From Mustelus asterias (Eukaryota): a stretch of 64,000 nt of DNA. The DNA is taken from NCBI RefSeq assembly GCF_964213995.1, contig NC_135817.1, forward strand, positions 59,396,001 to 59,460,000. Reading direction: 5' to 3'. Shown here piece after piece: positions 38,230 through 50,837 of the stretch. A model generated the notes under the pieces. That model saw only the letters and a program-made list of their open reading frames with translations, had not been told where the DNA came from and did no database searches. Position numbers and translations under genes: made by a program. Positions within the stretch are counted from its first letter, which is position 1. Each line of letters opens with the position of its first letter.

Positions 38230-40470
38230 TTCCAGAGGAAGAAGTAGCCAAAAAGAGAAGTCGGTAATGAGGGCAGAATGGTAAAAGAGAGTTGGAAACT
38301 GGATTATTTTGTTTCTAAACAGAAAGGGAGACCAATTTGCAATGAGGTGATAGCAGTTCCAAAAAAATACAATGTTAACAGACCTTATGAAATACGCCAT
38401 TTCTCTCGCATGGCAAACTTTCCAGTGGGTTCTGCCCAATGTACTTGGGCAAACATTGAATGATGCAGTGACTTTGGCTAACTTTTGTTATGCTTGGTTA
38501 CTTGCAAAAAAAATGGAAAGGTATTCTTGGAAGGCGAATTAGTGAAAGATTGCATCATCAAATCCTCAGATGTTTTATTTCTTGGGTTTAAAAACCAAGA
38601 GGAAATTGTTATAATTCAGGTCAGGAACTCCAAAGTGTTTTATGAAGTCCGCCTGGATCATAAGCTTTGCGATTTGAATTTGGCTGGGGTAAGCATGAGA
38701 TGTTTCACTTCAGGTACGATTCAACTGACCCACTAGGGAGCTTTTACCAAACAAAGTTTATTTAGGAATACGGTTGGAAAGAAAATTAGCAATAACATTT
38801 ACCAATTACAAACAAGAAAAAAAACCAACCATGATATTGTATAAACCTTAACATCTAAATACTGTTCTAACCAAACAAGTCCCATAAACAAAACCTTTGC
38901 CACAGGTTTAACACAGAAAATACAAATGCTCACATGATGCTGGAACTTAGTCCTTTGGTTGGGTGCTGCAGTTCTCTTGATGCACACACAGACAAGCTTG
39001 GAGTCAGAACAGCTTCCCAAAACACCAGGGAGAGAGAGAGACTCTAGGTACTAGCTAGCAAACCGCCAACAGCAGAATTGTCACTCCAGGAAGGCAAGAA
39101 TACCTGTTTCCAGCTAGCCAGCAGAATTTACAAGACCGAAGAGCGAGAGAGAAAAAAACCTGCCTGCCGCTTAACAACCAGGAGAGCTTCTGACTCAAAA
39201 TCAAAACTGAAAGTGAATCCTTGCATTCTTCTGGGGCGGAACCACCTTACTTTGACTTGTCAATTGATCTTCCCTCCCATAATGCAGGGTCATAAAAAAA
39301 TCCCAGAAAGTACCTGAGGCCCAGAGTAAAAGTAAACAAAACCCCATTTAAACCATTGAAGCAGCAATAAAAGGACTTCTGGCAGACAGCCCGGCAACAA
39401 TAAAAAAAAATAAAGCTGCTTAACTGCAGAGAACATGATTTCAGGAAACAAATATTTAAAGGTACACTCGCGTCACAAAATTATCAAACGTGTTAAATAT
39501 CTGTAACTTAGCAGGCATTCTGTGAGTGGCAGAGGGCAAGAAGTCACTGCCGATCGGGCAGAGCAGCTTTTCAGATCTGTACACTCAGGTGAGGCTTTAA
39601 GTGTAACACTGGATGAATGCAAAGATCTTAATGACATTTCTCAGCTCTGCAAATGGTTTTGTTGTGTTTACAGTGATCTGAACGTGACAGAAGAATTTTT
39701 AGATCTCTTGGGAATACACGAGTGAGCACAGGACTCAGTATTTTGTTTGAGGCATTTACTAATTTTTTTATTTTTAGAAAAAATTGTATCAGTTACAACA
39801 GGTGGGTGCCCCTCCATGACAGGAATACACCATGGATTTGTAGTTTTGCTGACTGTTTGACCTATTTAATGTGCATTGAATAATACACCAAGAGGATTTC
39901 TGCGCTAAACTTGAAAAGACAGACTGAAAGCTGTAATGGGCAAAGTGGTAGAGATTCCCAACATCATATGCTTTCACTTTCTGCATCACTATCGGTTTGT
40001 GGAACTTGTGCACCAATTGAAGCAGAATTTGGAGACCTTGTTGTGTATACTGAAGTGCACTGCGCTTGCTAATCCATGGTAAAGTACTGAACTGCTTCTT
40101 GGCACTTGAATCCAGCAGTTTCTTGCACAGAAATCTCAAATATACCGAGGGTCAGAAGATGAAAGCTGGGTTTTGGATGTGGCTTTTCTGGCCGGCATCA
40201 GCGGACACCTGAACTTGTTGAATGAGTAATGGCGGGCGGGGGGGGGGAGGGGGCGGAAATCACCTCTTGTCCACACTGGTTGCTAGTGTAAGACAATCCA
40301 TGCTGCACCTGCAGTTAATGTCCAATCAATTACCTTCATGTGACTATGATCATTTCTCAAATTTGTAAAAAAATGCTGGAAAAACACTCTGATCAAGGAA
40401 GTTAATTTGATCCATCAGTACGCATAGAAGTGCTGGATACACTGGCAGAGCGTTTTGAGAATTGCTTTTC
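38230..40470 (+). mobile_element. Decayed hAT (Buster/SPIN/GTF2IRD2-like) transposase
   Basis: Fragments WKLDYFV..KGRPIC..VPKKYNVNR, KVFLEGELVKDCI, LDECKDLNDISQL..VTEEFLDL and a decayed HCIIHQE; many stops and frameshifts. Confidence 0.8.
38607..39477 (-). mobile_element. Solo LTR inserted in the hAT transposase
   Basis: TG...CA ends with 4-bp TSD AAAT (38603-38606 and 39478-39481). Removing it restores the transposase reading FKNQEEI-IKRVK. Confidence 0.8.
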
Positions 40471-40744
40471 TTCTCCGAGTGATTTGAAGCCTGTCATTGA
40501 TCTGCCCAGCAATAGATAAGACCCTGCCTTGCAACAGCAGTAAGCCAGCATTCAAAGGGGAAGATGAAGTGAGAGTAATTTGAGTTAACCCCATTACAAT
40601 AACTGTTCTCATGCATTACCAACTTGTTTCCGATTCTAGTCAGTCTCTGCACATGCACTACATACACCAGTGATGGACAACCTAGGCTAGTGAGTGGGCC
40701 ACATCAGTTGCCCTCCTTCAACTTAGTGGGCTGCAAAATTGTTT

Positions 40745-41170
40745 TTTATTTGATTTGTTATTGTCACATGTATTAATATACAGTGAAAAGTATTGTTTCT
40801 TGCGTGCTATACAGACAAAACATACCGTACATAGGGAAGGAAAGGAGAGAGTGCAGAATGTAGTGCTACAGTCATAGCTAGGGTGTAGAGAAAGATCAAC
40901 TTAATGCAAGGTAGGTCCATTCAAATGTCTGGTGGCAGCAGGGAAGAAGCTATTTTTGAGTCAGTTAGTATGTGTCCTCAGACTTTTGAGGTTTTTTTCC
41001 GATGGAAAAAGGCGGAAGGGAGTATGTGAGGGGTCCTTAATTATGCTGGCTGCTTTTCCAGGATGTGTAGTGTTATGGTGGTTATGGAAGTATGGACCAT
41101 GTCAATTGATGGGAGGCTGGTTTGAGTGATGGACTGGGCTTTGTTCATGATCCTTTGTAGTTTCTTGTGA
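40745..41170 (-). mobile_element. Rex1/Babar-like LINE 3' fragment
   Basis: Same 3' end as 14212-14610. Confidence 0.75.
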
Positions 41171-42099
41171 GTGAAGCTAACCCTGACCTCATGAATAAAA
41201 CTAAATACCACTTAATACAGGCCAAATATTTCATAACCAGTTACGGAACATGCTTAAGTAATAAACTTCAAATGGCAAAAACAAATGTGGTATTTACACT
41301 TACCTGCATTAATACGACTTCTGGTTGGATCTGTCCTTCACAACCTTTCTTAGATTAGGACTCTGGGATGTGCAGATGGTTCACAATTCAGCACTGAGGT
41401 TCCCATTCATTAGTCGGTTGCGTTTCTTACATTTGATGTGTCCCATGGCAGAAAAATGTCTGTTCACACGTGTATGTTGATCCAAGTATTGACATCATCT
41501 TTGCAGTGCAATGCTGGAGAACTGGACAGGGGCTGTTCGATCAAAATTTGTGTATAACTTTCCTCTTTTTAGCTGGTTAATTTTGTCTTTGTCCTTGGCA
41601 TGAATGAGTAATTCCTCCTCGAACTTCCATTTATCAACCCCAGGTCCATGCTATGCTCAGATCAAATTCAAACATTTGAGAGGAAGGGCTTGTCACAAAC
41701 CACATAGATGTTATATTTGAGGGCACCTCAACTTGAAACAGGTGGTTTGTGGTGGTGTATGGTTTTGTTTTGGAATGGCATGAAACCCCCAGTGAGAATA
41801 ACCAGCTCAGTCACCGTGCAATAATTGCTAAAGACTATTTATTAAACTGAAGAAACGACAAATACAGACAACTAGGACTATAACACTGTAATACAATTAA
41901 ATACACAGATTACTAAACAGACACACTGTTTGTACAGAAATTACCCCTTGTTCTAAAATACTGCAAACCCTGAACTTCTTAAGCCTCTCCTGTCCGCAGA
42001 CACCATCCAAATTAAGTATTTATAAGTCAAATCCGGCTTATAGTTACCACACAATACAAGGCAGATGGTCAGGTCTGGGAAATGTCTTTTAAAATTAAA

Positions 42100-42390
42100 A
42101 AATTTATTAGTGTCACAAGTAGGCTTACATTAATGCTGCAATTAGGTTACTGTGAAAATCCCCTACTCGCCACACTCCAGTGCCTGTTCTGGGTACACTG
42201 AGGGAGAATTTAGTATGGCCAATGCATCTAATCAGCACGTCTTTGGACTGTGGGAGGAAACCAGAACACCCGGAGAATACACACGCAGACATGGGGAGAA
42301 CATGCAGACTCCACACAGACAGTGACCCAAGCCAGGAATCGAACCTGGGTCCCTGGCGCTGTGAGGCAGCAGTGCTAACCACTGTGCCAC
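42100..42390 (-). mobile_element. HE1/V-SINE-like element
   Basis: Same family as 20968-21275. Confidence 0.85.
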
Positions 42391-43957
42391 TGCTCAGAGT
42401 CCTGGAAAATATCAAGGCTTGGGCTGACAAGTGTTAAGTAACATTCACACCACACGGGCACCAAGCAGTGACCATCTGCAACCAGAACGAATCTCACCCC
42501 ATGACATTCAATGGCATTGCCATAGCTGAACCCCTCCCACCCCTTCAACATTCTGAGAGTTACCACTGACCAGAAACTAAATTGGACTAGTCATATAAAC
42601 AATGTGGTTACAAGGGCAGGTCCGAGGATAGGAGTCTTGCAATGAATAACTCATCTCCTTAAAGGTTCCTTAAACAGCACCTTCCAAACCCATGGCCATT
42701 AACATCTAGAAAGAAAATGGCAGCAGCTGCACAGGAATACCATCACCTGAAATTTCCCCTAAATCCACATACCATCCTGACTTGGAAATATGTCGCATCG
42801 TTGCTGGGTCAAATTTCCAGAACCCCCCTTCCTAACAGTGCTGTGTATATGCCTACACCACATGGACTTCAGCAGTTCAAGAAGGCAGCTCACCACCAGC
42901 TTTTCGAGGGCAATTAGGGATGGGCAGTAAAACCTGATCTAGCCAGCGATGCCCACACATGGATAAATAAACAATCTTGCATACAGGTATACTAGCCACC
43001 AGGGGGAAACATCAGTCTGTATAATTTGTATTGTATTGTTTATCTTTCAATACAAACTGCCAAGTTCAAAAGAATACACATTCAGGTCATTAAAAGATTT
43101 GTGAAAATTATGCTTAAAGTTATTTCATAAGTAAGATTACAAAAAAAACTAACATACTTTTAGTTTGTCTTTTAATGAATCAGCCTGATAATGTTAAAAT
43201 AGTTAGCCATGTTTACATGTTCCTCCATTGCTTCACCCCTCCTCATCTCAGTAACTTTCTACCACCCTTCAGGATCTCTGGGCATCTCCAATTTTGACCT
43301 CTTGTGCATATCTGATTTTCCTCGCTCCACCATTGGTGGCTATGCCTTTATTTGCCAAGACCCTAAACTCTGGAATTCCTTCCTCAACCCTTTCCACCAC
43401 TCCACCACCCTTTCCTCCATTAAGATGCTCCTTAAAATCTACCTCTTTGACCAAGATTTTCAGAACATCACTTAATGTCCCCTTATGGGGCTTGGTGTTA
43501 AATTTTGTTTGAAGCATCTTGAGACATTTTGCTATGCTAAGGGCACCAACTAAATGCAAGTTGTTGCTGCTGTTGTTGACTGATTAGACCTATTTTCCTT
43601 CCATCAATCTACTAGATACTGTCTGAATATCTGTGTAGCTTGGTAGCTGTGAAATTTTACACCATAAGCCATCAAGTAGTTACATCTTCATTTAATTAGA
43701 ATTTTTTTTCTGTATCTTATGAGATTGTCCTTGGGCTTTTATTGGACTGGAGATAGTTGGAATAAGAAAGAGAAGATAAGAATTCAATTGGAACTGCGAC
43801 AGAAAGATATACCTTGCAAGTGCAGCTTCTGGTAAGTTATCTTGTTTTGATTGTACTCCTAGTTTACTATAGGCTATGTCATGCATAGTGAAATTAAGGG
43901 CCAGAAATAATTGAAACTGAATTGTTGTCATCTTGTTTAAAGGTTGAAAAAATACAT

Positions 43958-44835
43958 TTTGTCAAAGCTTTTCATCTTCCAGTCATCAGGACAATCAAAA
44001 GAATACCAATGTCAGGGAAAACAGCAACGTTATACTGTATGAGAAGAGGGTGGCAAGTAGACTCTGGTTGTTGCTATAGAGAATGCACCAATTGATGGTG
44101 ACTGACAGTTAACTGCCAAGCATTTTTGAGATTTAAACCAGGCAGATTGAGTCTGGTCAAGGCATTGTCCTGTGGAATGAACCATGAATGGCTATCACTT
44201 GTTTTGTTTCACTGAAACAGGAGTAAGGTGGTATATGAATTTCAGCGCCAGTGTACTGCTAGGTATGATAGGCCATACGTCCCAAAGACTGGCAGATTGT
44301 ATCAAACAACATGCCCCTTCTTCTGTTTACAACAGCTGAGTATTGACCAGACCCATCCAGCCCTTACTTACAAAACACAATGTCCACCATTAGATGTGAT
44401 TCTGCTATTGGACAACATTTGCAAATAATCCTCAGTGTGTTAAAAATTACGCTGACAAACAATTTCAGATTGTTAGTCTGGTTCACAGTGTGGCACATTT
44501 GTGTGTACTGAAAGCTACATACACGGGACCCTGTTCTTTGCAGATAGAAAGAACACGCACACATATTGCGCCTGTTTCAGCTAGACAAAATAAATGATAG
44601 CCATTCGCAGGTTCATTGACCATTCGGAGTCAAGCTGCCTAGTTTGAATTTCAAACAGTGCTTGGCCATTCACCATTAACTGGTGCATTCTCCATTGCAA
44701 TGTCTCTACCAATCAGAGTTGACTTGCCAACCAATCAGCATCCTCTTCTCAAATTGTATGAAGTTGTTGTTTTCCCTGACATTGGTATTCTTGCAATTGT
44801 CCTGATGAGCGCAAGACAAAAAGCTTTGACAAATA
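43958..44835 (+). mobile_element. Penelope-like element remnant: GIY-YIG endonuclease fragment between inverted pseudo-LTRs
   Basis: 44228-44575 encodes a decayed VVYEFQRQCTARY...IKQH...DSAIGQHL...PVLCR. Segment 43958-44222 is an inverted copy of ~44575-44835, and each end has a CTGATGA hammerhead-like core. Confidence 0.8.
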
Positions 44836-45022
44836 TTTCAGGTGGTTCGAATTTTAACTTACTGGTTTCGAAGAAATACATGCAATAAGTATACACCAAA
44901 GTAGTGATCAGTGTCACTTTAAAGTCAGTTAGAAACCTATCAGTTTTCAGCTTATCTTCACACTTCCACTGTTTCTCCCTGGAGAAACATAACGTCCACC
45001 ACCAATGTCCCTGGAGAAACAG

Positions 45023-45352
45023 AGCGCCTTTTGGCTAAGATCAAGTGTATGGTCGGCACCCCATTGTCGGCCGCACTTGGTCGAGGTCATTGGGTTACGC
45101 TGAGGCTTCATATGTTCCATATGAAGCAATTTTTAAAAGCGGCATCTCGGCCTTTTGGCTAAGATGCAAATGAGCTCAAGTCTTGGAGGAGGATCCTCCC
45201 CCTTCTCCAATCAGCTTGACTCATGTAGATCAGGCCCAGGACAGGGTGGTTTTGGTCTCCCGTCCTGTCTTGTCAGCCTGGATCTGAAATGTCTCAACTT
45301 GTTGAGACTCTGAATTGGATTTGATTTGATTGAATTGGAAAAGTATAAAAAA
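45023..45352 (+). mobile_element. U2 snRNA-headed, A-tailed SINE-like or retrocopy insertion
   Basis: Two exact U2 5' matches (45026-45049 and 45145-45165), multiple hairpins, A-tail, and candidate TSD AAACAG (45017-45022 and 45353-45358). Confidence 0.7.
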
Positions 45353-47659
45353 AAACAGTGGGAGAAGTGATGGAAGAATTCCCAAGTTAATTGTCAGCCT
45401 GTTGAACCAGGTTATAAAGCTTTTTCCATGGTCAATAAGTCCTGCTGTTGACTTGGTCCCGGAGCTTCTGGTCTAGAGTCAGGGACACTACCACCGTGCC
45501 ACAAAACCTTTTTTCTAACGGCAATAGAAACATTAGATGACATATCTGATTGCTTATTTCAGTGTTTGTAGAAATTGTTCTTTGCTGGATCCTGTCCAGT
45601 GGTCTGCTCATTGTTGAAGTATAGTGCCTGTCCACTGACGATATTGAGCCTGTGACAAGCTGGGCTCACTCTTAAGAATTAACCGTATTACAGGAGAGGA
45701 TAGAAAGGAGATTTGTGAGGATGTTGCCAGGATTGTCCAAGATTTACATTCCCTGCACAACAAGAGCATAAATCTGTGAGGAACTGGTCTTCGTAAGTTG
45801 TTTTTTTTCAGCTGATAGCTTCCCAGGTACTGGTGCACACAAGACATTTGAAACAGGAAAATTTCCTTCAAAAAGGTTGTTAACTGCCCAGAATCACAAG
45901 AATGTTTCGGTAATGAAATATTCCCAGAAGCTAAACGAAACATTAACTGAGATCCATTATCTCTTTCTCACACTTGCATAGCCAAGCCTATATTACTTCA
46001 GTGCAAAAGTTCTTTGTAGTAAGATTCCAAACAATTTTAATAAATGTTTCCACAACCAGCACAAGGGTTGCATTCAAGAATTATTCTTGTTCATTCAGCT
46101 GAAGCTCAGGTGGTGTCATTCTTACAACAAATCGGAATAGAACTTTAAAAAGAATAACGATACAAATCGACAATGCATCACATGAGAGACACTGTCACAG
46201 AAATCTCTGTTCATAAGCAACTTAAGAACATGAGTAGGAGGGTAGACCATGCAGCACCTTGAACCTGTTCTGTAATTCAGGTGGAAGGATTCCCATGGTC
46301 ATGGCTAATCTTCAACCTTAATTCCACTTTCCTGCCCGATTCCCATCTCCCTTGATTCCCTCAGTGTTCAAAATTTAATCAATTTCAGCCAAAAACATAT
46401 TTAATGATTTGAGCATCAACAAACCCGTGTCCACCCTGGGTAATGAGGAAAGATTTACGCTCTGACTAAAGAAATTTATTTTCATCTTAGTCCTAAATGG
46501 CCAACCCTTTATCCTGACACTGGCCCATCTTAATAGACTCTTCAGCCGGGGAAACAGTCTCCCAGCTTCTCGCCGAGTGAGTCCCATCATAATTCTATCT
46601 TTTCCAATAGTATCGCCTCTTTTTTTTCTCCTCATCTCCAGAGAGTATTGGTTCATTCTACTCAACCTTGTCCCCTTGGACAGCCTCTCATCCCAGAAAT
46701 CAGTCTGGCCAACTTTGCCGCCCCGTCTCTGAGGCAAGTTTACCCTTCTTTAGATATGGAGACCAAAACTATACACCGTTGTCCAGATGGAGTATCACCA
46801 AAGCCCTGAACATTTGCAGCAATACCTACTTGCTTCAATTCTTTGCAATAGAGGTCAACATATAATTTACTTTCCTTATAGTTGCTGTGCCTATATGTTA
46901 ACGTTCTGTGATTCATGCGCAATGATGCCCAAATGCCTTTAAACACCGACATTTAATAATTTTTAGGTTTTATTTGGTTTGCTATTCTTCCTACCATGCC
47001 TCTTCACATTGTACTTCAGCAGCCACCCTCTTGTCTGCTCACTTAACCTATCTATGTCCCTTGGCAAATTTTGTGTTCTCCTCGCATCTTGTTTTCCCGC
47101 CTAGTTATCTATCATCAGAAAACTTAGATATATTACACTAAATCAATTAATTTAAGTCATTATAGATAAAATATTGTAAGTGTCTGAGGCTCCAGCACTG
47201 ATTCTTGCAATAGCCCACTAGCAACAGCCAGCCAATTTGAAAATGATTCATCTATTTCTACTGCATTTTCTGTCATCTAACCAATCCTTCCCATCCTAAT
47301 ATATTGCCCCAAACCCATGAGCCCATATGTAGTAGACTTACTTTTTGTGTCTCACCTTATTGAATGACTTTTGGAAATTCAAATATGTTAGTCATTGGCT
47401 CTCTACTTGCTAATTATATTCTCAAAGATTGTCAAATATAATTTCCCTTTCATAGTGATATATTACTCTCATTTAATTTTCTCATCATTAATCTTAGGTC
47501 ACCCTTTGTTGGTGTCCAAAATGCTTCAAATCCTCTTGCTCACCACTTTTTGTGATAATGCAAAATTCTATTGTGATCACTCTGTCCCAGCGAATTCCTT
47601 ACTATGGGTTCAAGAAGTCAACTCACCACCACATTCTCAAGGGGAATTAGTTTTATCTA

Positions 47660-47950
47660 CTTGTTTCACAAGTAAGCTTACATTAACATTGCAATGAAGT
47701 TACTATGAAAATCCCGTAGTCGCCACACTCCGGCGCCTGTTGGGGTACACTTCGGGAGAATTTAGCATGGCCAATGCACCTAACCAGCGCGTCTTTCCAA
47801 CTGTGGGAGGAAATCGGAGCACCCGGAGGAAACTCACACAGACACCGGGAGAATGTGCAACTCCGCACAGACAGCGACCCAAGTCAGGAATTGAACCCAG
47901 GTCCCTGGCGTTGTGAGGCAGCAGTGCTAACCACGGTGCCACCGTGCCAT
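47660..47950 (-). mobile_element. HE1/V-SINE-like element
   Basis: Same family as 20968-21275. Confidence 0.85.
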
Positions 47951-48945
47951 CCTTAGGGATAGAAAGTGGATGCTGGCCTAGATAGCGAAACCCACTTCCC
48001 TTGTATGAATAAAAATAAGATTCCTAATTAAACCAGTCTCTCTTACAGAAGACAAGATTTAAAATAACTTGTTCCCTAGTTGGTTTCTCGACATATAGTT
48101 TGAGAAAACCACCTCAAAAGCATTCCATGAACTCCTCCTCCAAGGTAACTTCTGCCAATTTGATTTGTTCAGTCTATATGAAATCTCCCATGATTGTTAC
48201 AGTGCCTTTGCACAAGCGATGGGTAAGATGGATATAGAGGGATATGGGCCAAATGTGGGCAATTGGGATTAGCTTAGGTGTTTTAAAAAAAAAAAGGGCG
48301 GCATGGACAAGTTGGGCCGAAGGGCCTGTTTCCATGCTGTAAATCTCTAACACTCTTCCCAATGTACAGCTACTGTTAGGCACCTATAAATTATTCTCAA
48401 TAGGTTTTCTAACCCTCGATGTTCCGAAAGTCCACCGATACTAATTCTACTTTCTGGTCTTTCTAACCAAGAATCCTTCCTTCCTACTGACCTTATGCCA
48501 TTCTTTATTATCAGGACTAACCTCCTTGTTTACCATTTTATCAGTCAATTTGAAACGTCAAATACCCTGGAATGTTTATTTGCCAATCTTGGTCACCGTA
48601 CAACCCCTTCTCCATGATGGCTATTAGATCAAACAGTAATTTTTATCTGCATTATTAATTTATCTCTTATAATGAATACTTGGGGCAGTCAGATAAAATG
48701 CCTTTAGTTTCCAAAGTTTACCCCTTTTCCCTGAATGAACCTTACTCACTAATGCATTATTACCATTAAATTATTTGTCCCTTCCTATTATGCTCTTATT
48801 TTTGCCCACATCATTTCACTGCTCTATGGCCATGAATTTCCTCCTTTGATTTATAAAATTTCCTCTCATCCGAATCCTCCCCCTTCATCCCACAACCCTT
48901 CTTATGAGAAGGTAGAGATTCTGATTGACCAATATACAGGGAATA

Positions 48946-49253
48946 TCATAGAATAGAATCCCTACAGTGCAGAAGGAGGCCATTCAGCCCATCAATTCTG
49001 CACTGACTACAATCCCACACAGGCCCCACTTCCGTAACCCCACATATCCTCACTGCTAATCCCCCTGACACTAGGGTCAATTCAGCATGGCCAATCAACC
49101 TAACTCGCACATCTTTGGACTGTGGGAGGAAACCCACACAGACATGGGGAGAACGTACAAACTCCACACAGACAGTGACCCAAGGCTGGAATTGAACCTG
49201 GGTCTCTGGCGCTCTGAGGCAGCAGTGTTAATCACTGTACCACCATGCTGCCC
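48946..49253 (-). mobile_element. HE1/V-SINE-like element
   Basis: Same subfamily as 18726-19050 (atagaatc tail). Confidence 0.85.
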
Positions 49254-50592
49254 CAACCTTTTGCTTTTGGACACATCCCATTTACCTAAGGCCAGAGAAT
49301 TTTGGCATAGGTTAGCAAAGTTAGCCCTTAATGTTTCCTTAGTGCCTGTGGATATACTGCTGCATTTTTACTGATGCCCTTCCTAGTTAGATATCCTGGA
49401 CTGTTAAATTAATTGGCGCATTGACTTGGGGTTTATTGGAGCTAAGTGGGTGGACTCCCACTCTAAAATTACAGGCTTCTCTTCCATTAGTGAGCCAATG
49501 TAATTGCAGAATTGTCAACAGTTACCTGGAGCACTGTCAGATTTTATAGATATTGGTTTCAAAGATACTTGAAAGGCCTTAACTTTGATTGTGATTCATC
49601 ATTTTGGAGTAGTATCAATCCCCAAAACGACATGCTCACCCCATGACAATTGATGTGTTCTTCAACACTGACCTTTTACTTTGAGATCTTTCTTTTATAA
49701 GTCATAAGATGTGAAAAGTACACTCCTTCTGACCTTGACCTATTCGCCCTTCTGCCATTTTGTTGCACAGTATAAGTTCATCTTTTGTGGTTATCAATAA
49801 TGAGAGGTGAATTTTGTCACAAAACACTGATAAACTTAACAATGTCCCTTTTAAATAGCTAGAATAGCCTTTAGTGTGATGTTCGTTGTAGGAAAAATGC
49901 ATCATTGAAGGTGCGGTCTTTCAAATGAGATATTAAACCAAGGCCCCTTCTGCGCTCTCAGAAAATCCCATGGCACTATTTCAAAGAAGAACCGGGGAGT
50001 TACCTCAGTGTCTTTGCCAATATGTATTTCTCACATGTAAGAGGTGCACACTCCCATTTACCCTTACTATTAGTACTTGACTTTAGGATTTTATAAAGGA
50101 TAAACTTACACAGACACAGGGTCATAGGCTCAACCACAAACTTGTTTAATAACAAAAAACATTCCTAATGCCCTATTACAAGAGCTCAAAACTATTGTGA
50201 TGCTGCCACATAACACTCGAAACCATGACTTATTAATAAAAACCTCTCTAAAAAACCACAGCAAAGCCCCACATTTCTGCCCAAAACCTTACTCAGTCCA
50301 ACTCAAAACCCCTCCGGATTTAGCTGCAAGACTTAAATGATCCTGAAACCTCAGCCCTCGGATCTGGCTGAAACTTTCAACTCCTCACCAGCGAGAGCTG
50401 CAGGCCCATGACTCGGGTTGGCCATTCCTAATTCTCTGTGGTAACTGCAGTCCCAAAGCTTCAGGTCAATATCACCATGATATGGCTGAAAACACACACA
50501 ATTCCCAACATGGCTCGTCTTGTCCAGTGTTGGAAGTAGGCCTGAGTCAAGGTGACCAGCCCTGACCCTCCTAACTGCAGTGGCAGACCCTT

Positions 50593-50814
50593 TGTGGTGA
50601 ACCACTGTAATACTGTCTGTATATGGGATATGCCTGGGCACGCCCCTGCTGCCTCAATCTGGGGCTCCGCCCTCCTCGGGGTATAAAGGTGGCTGCTCTC
50701 CGCCCCTTTTGCCTCAGTTCGGGTTAGCCATCGGTTTGGGAGTGCTTCTGTTCTTGTTAATAAAAGCCTGTTGTTTCGCAACATCTAGTCTTTGCGTGAA
50801 TCAATGGTGCATCA
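50593..50814 (+). repeat. 5' LTR (222 bp)
   Basis: TGTGGTG...GCATCA with TATAAA and AATAAA; about 6 substitutions and 1 indel relative to the 3' LTR, counted by eye. Confidence 0.95.
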
Positions 50815-50837
50815 ATTTTATTAACAAAATTTTTGAA

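Noticed and set aside
45050-45135. HDV-like or hammerhead ribozyme within the U2-headed element
   Set aside because: I could not build the nested pseudoknot or find a CUGANGA/GAAA core by eye.
45026-45165. Functional U2 snRNA gene
   Set aside because: Only the first ~35 nt match. The branch-point recognition sequence and stems II-IV are absent, and the segment has an A-tail and TSD-like flanks.
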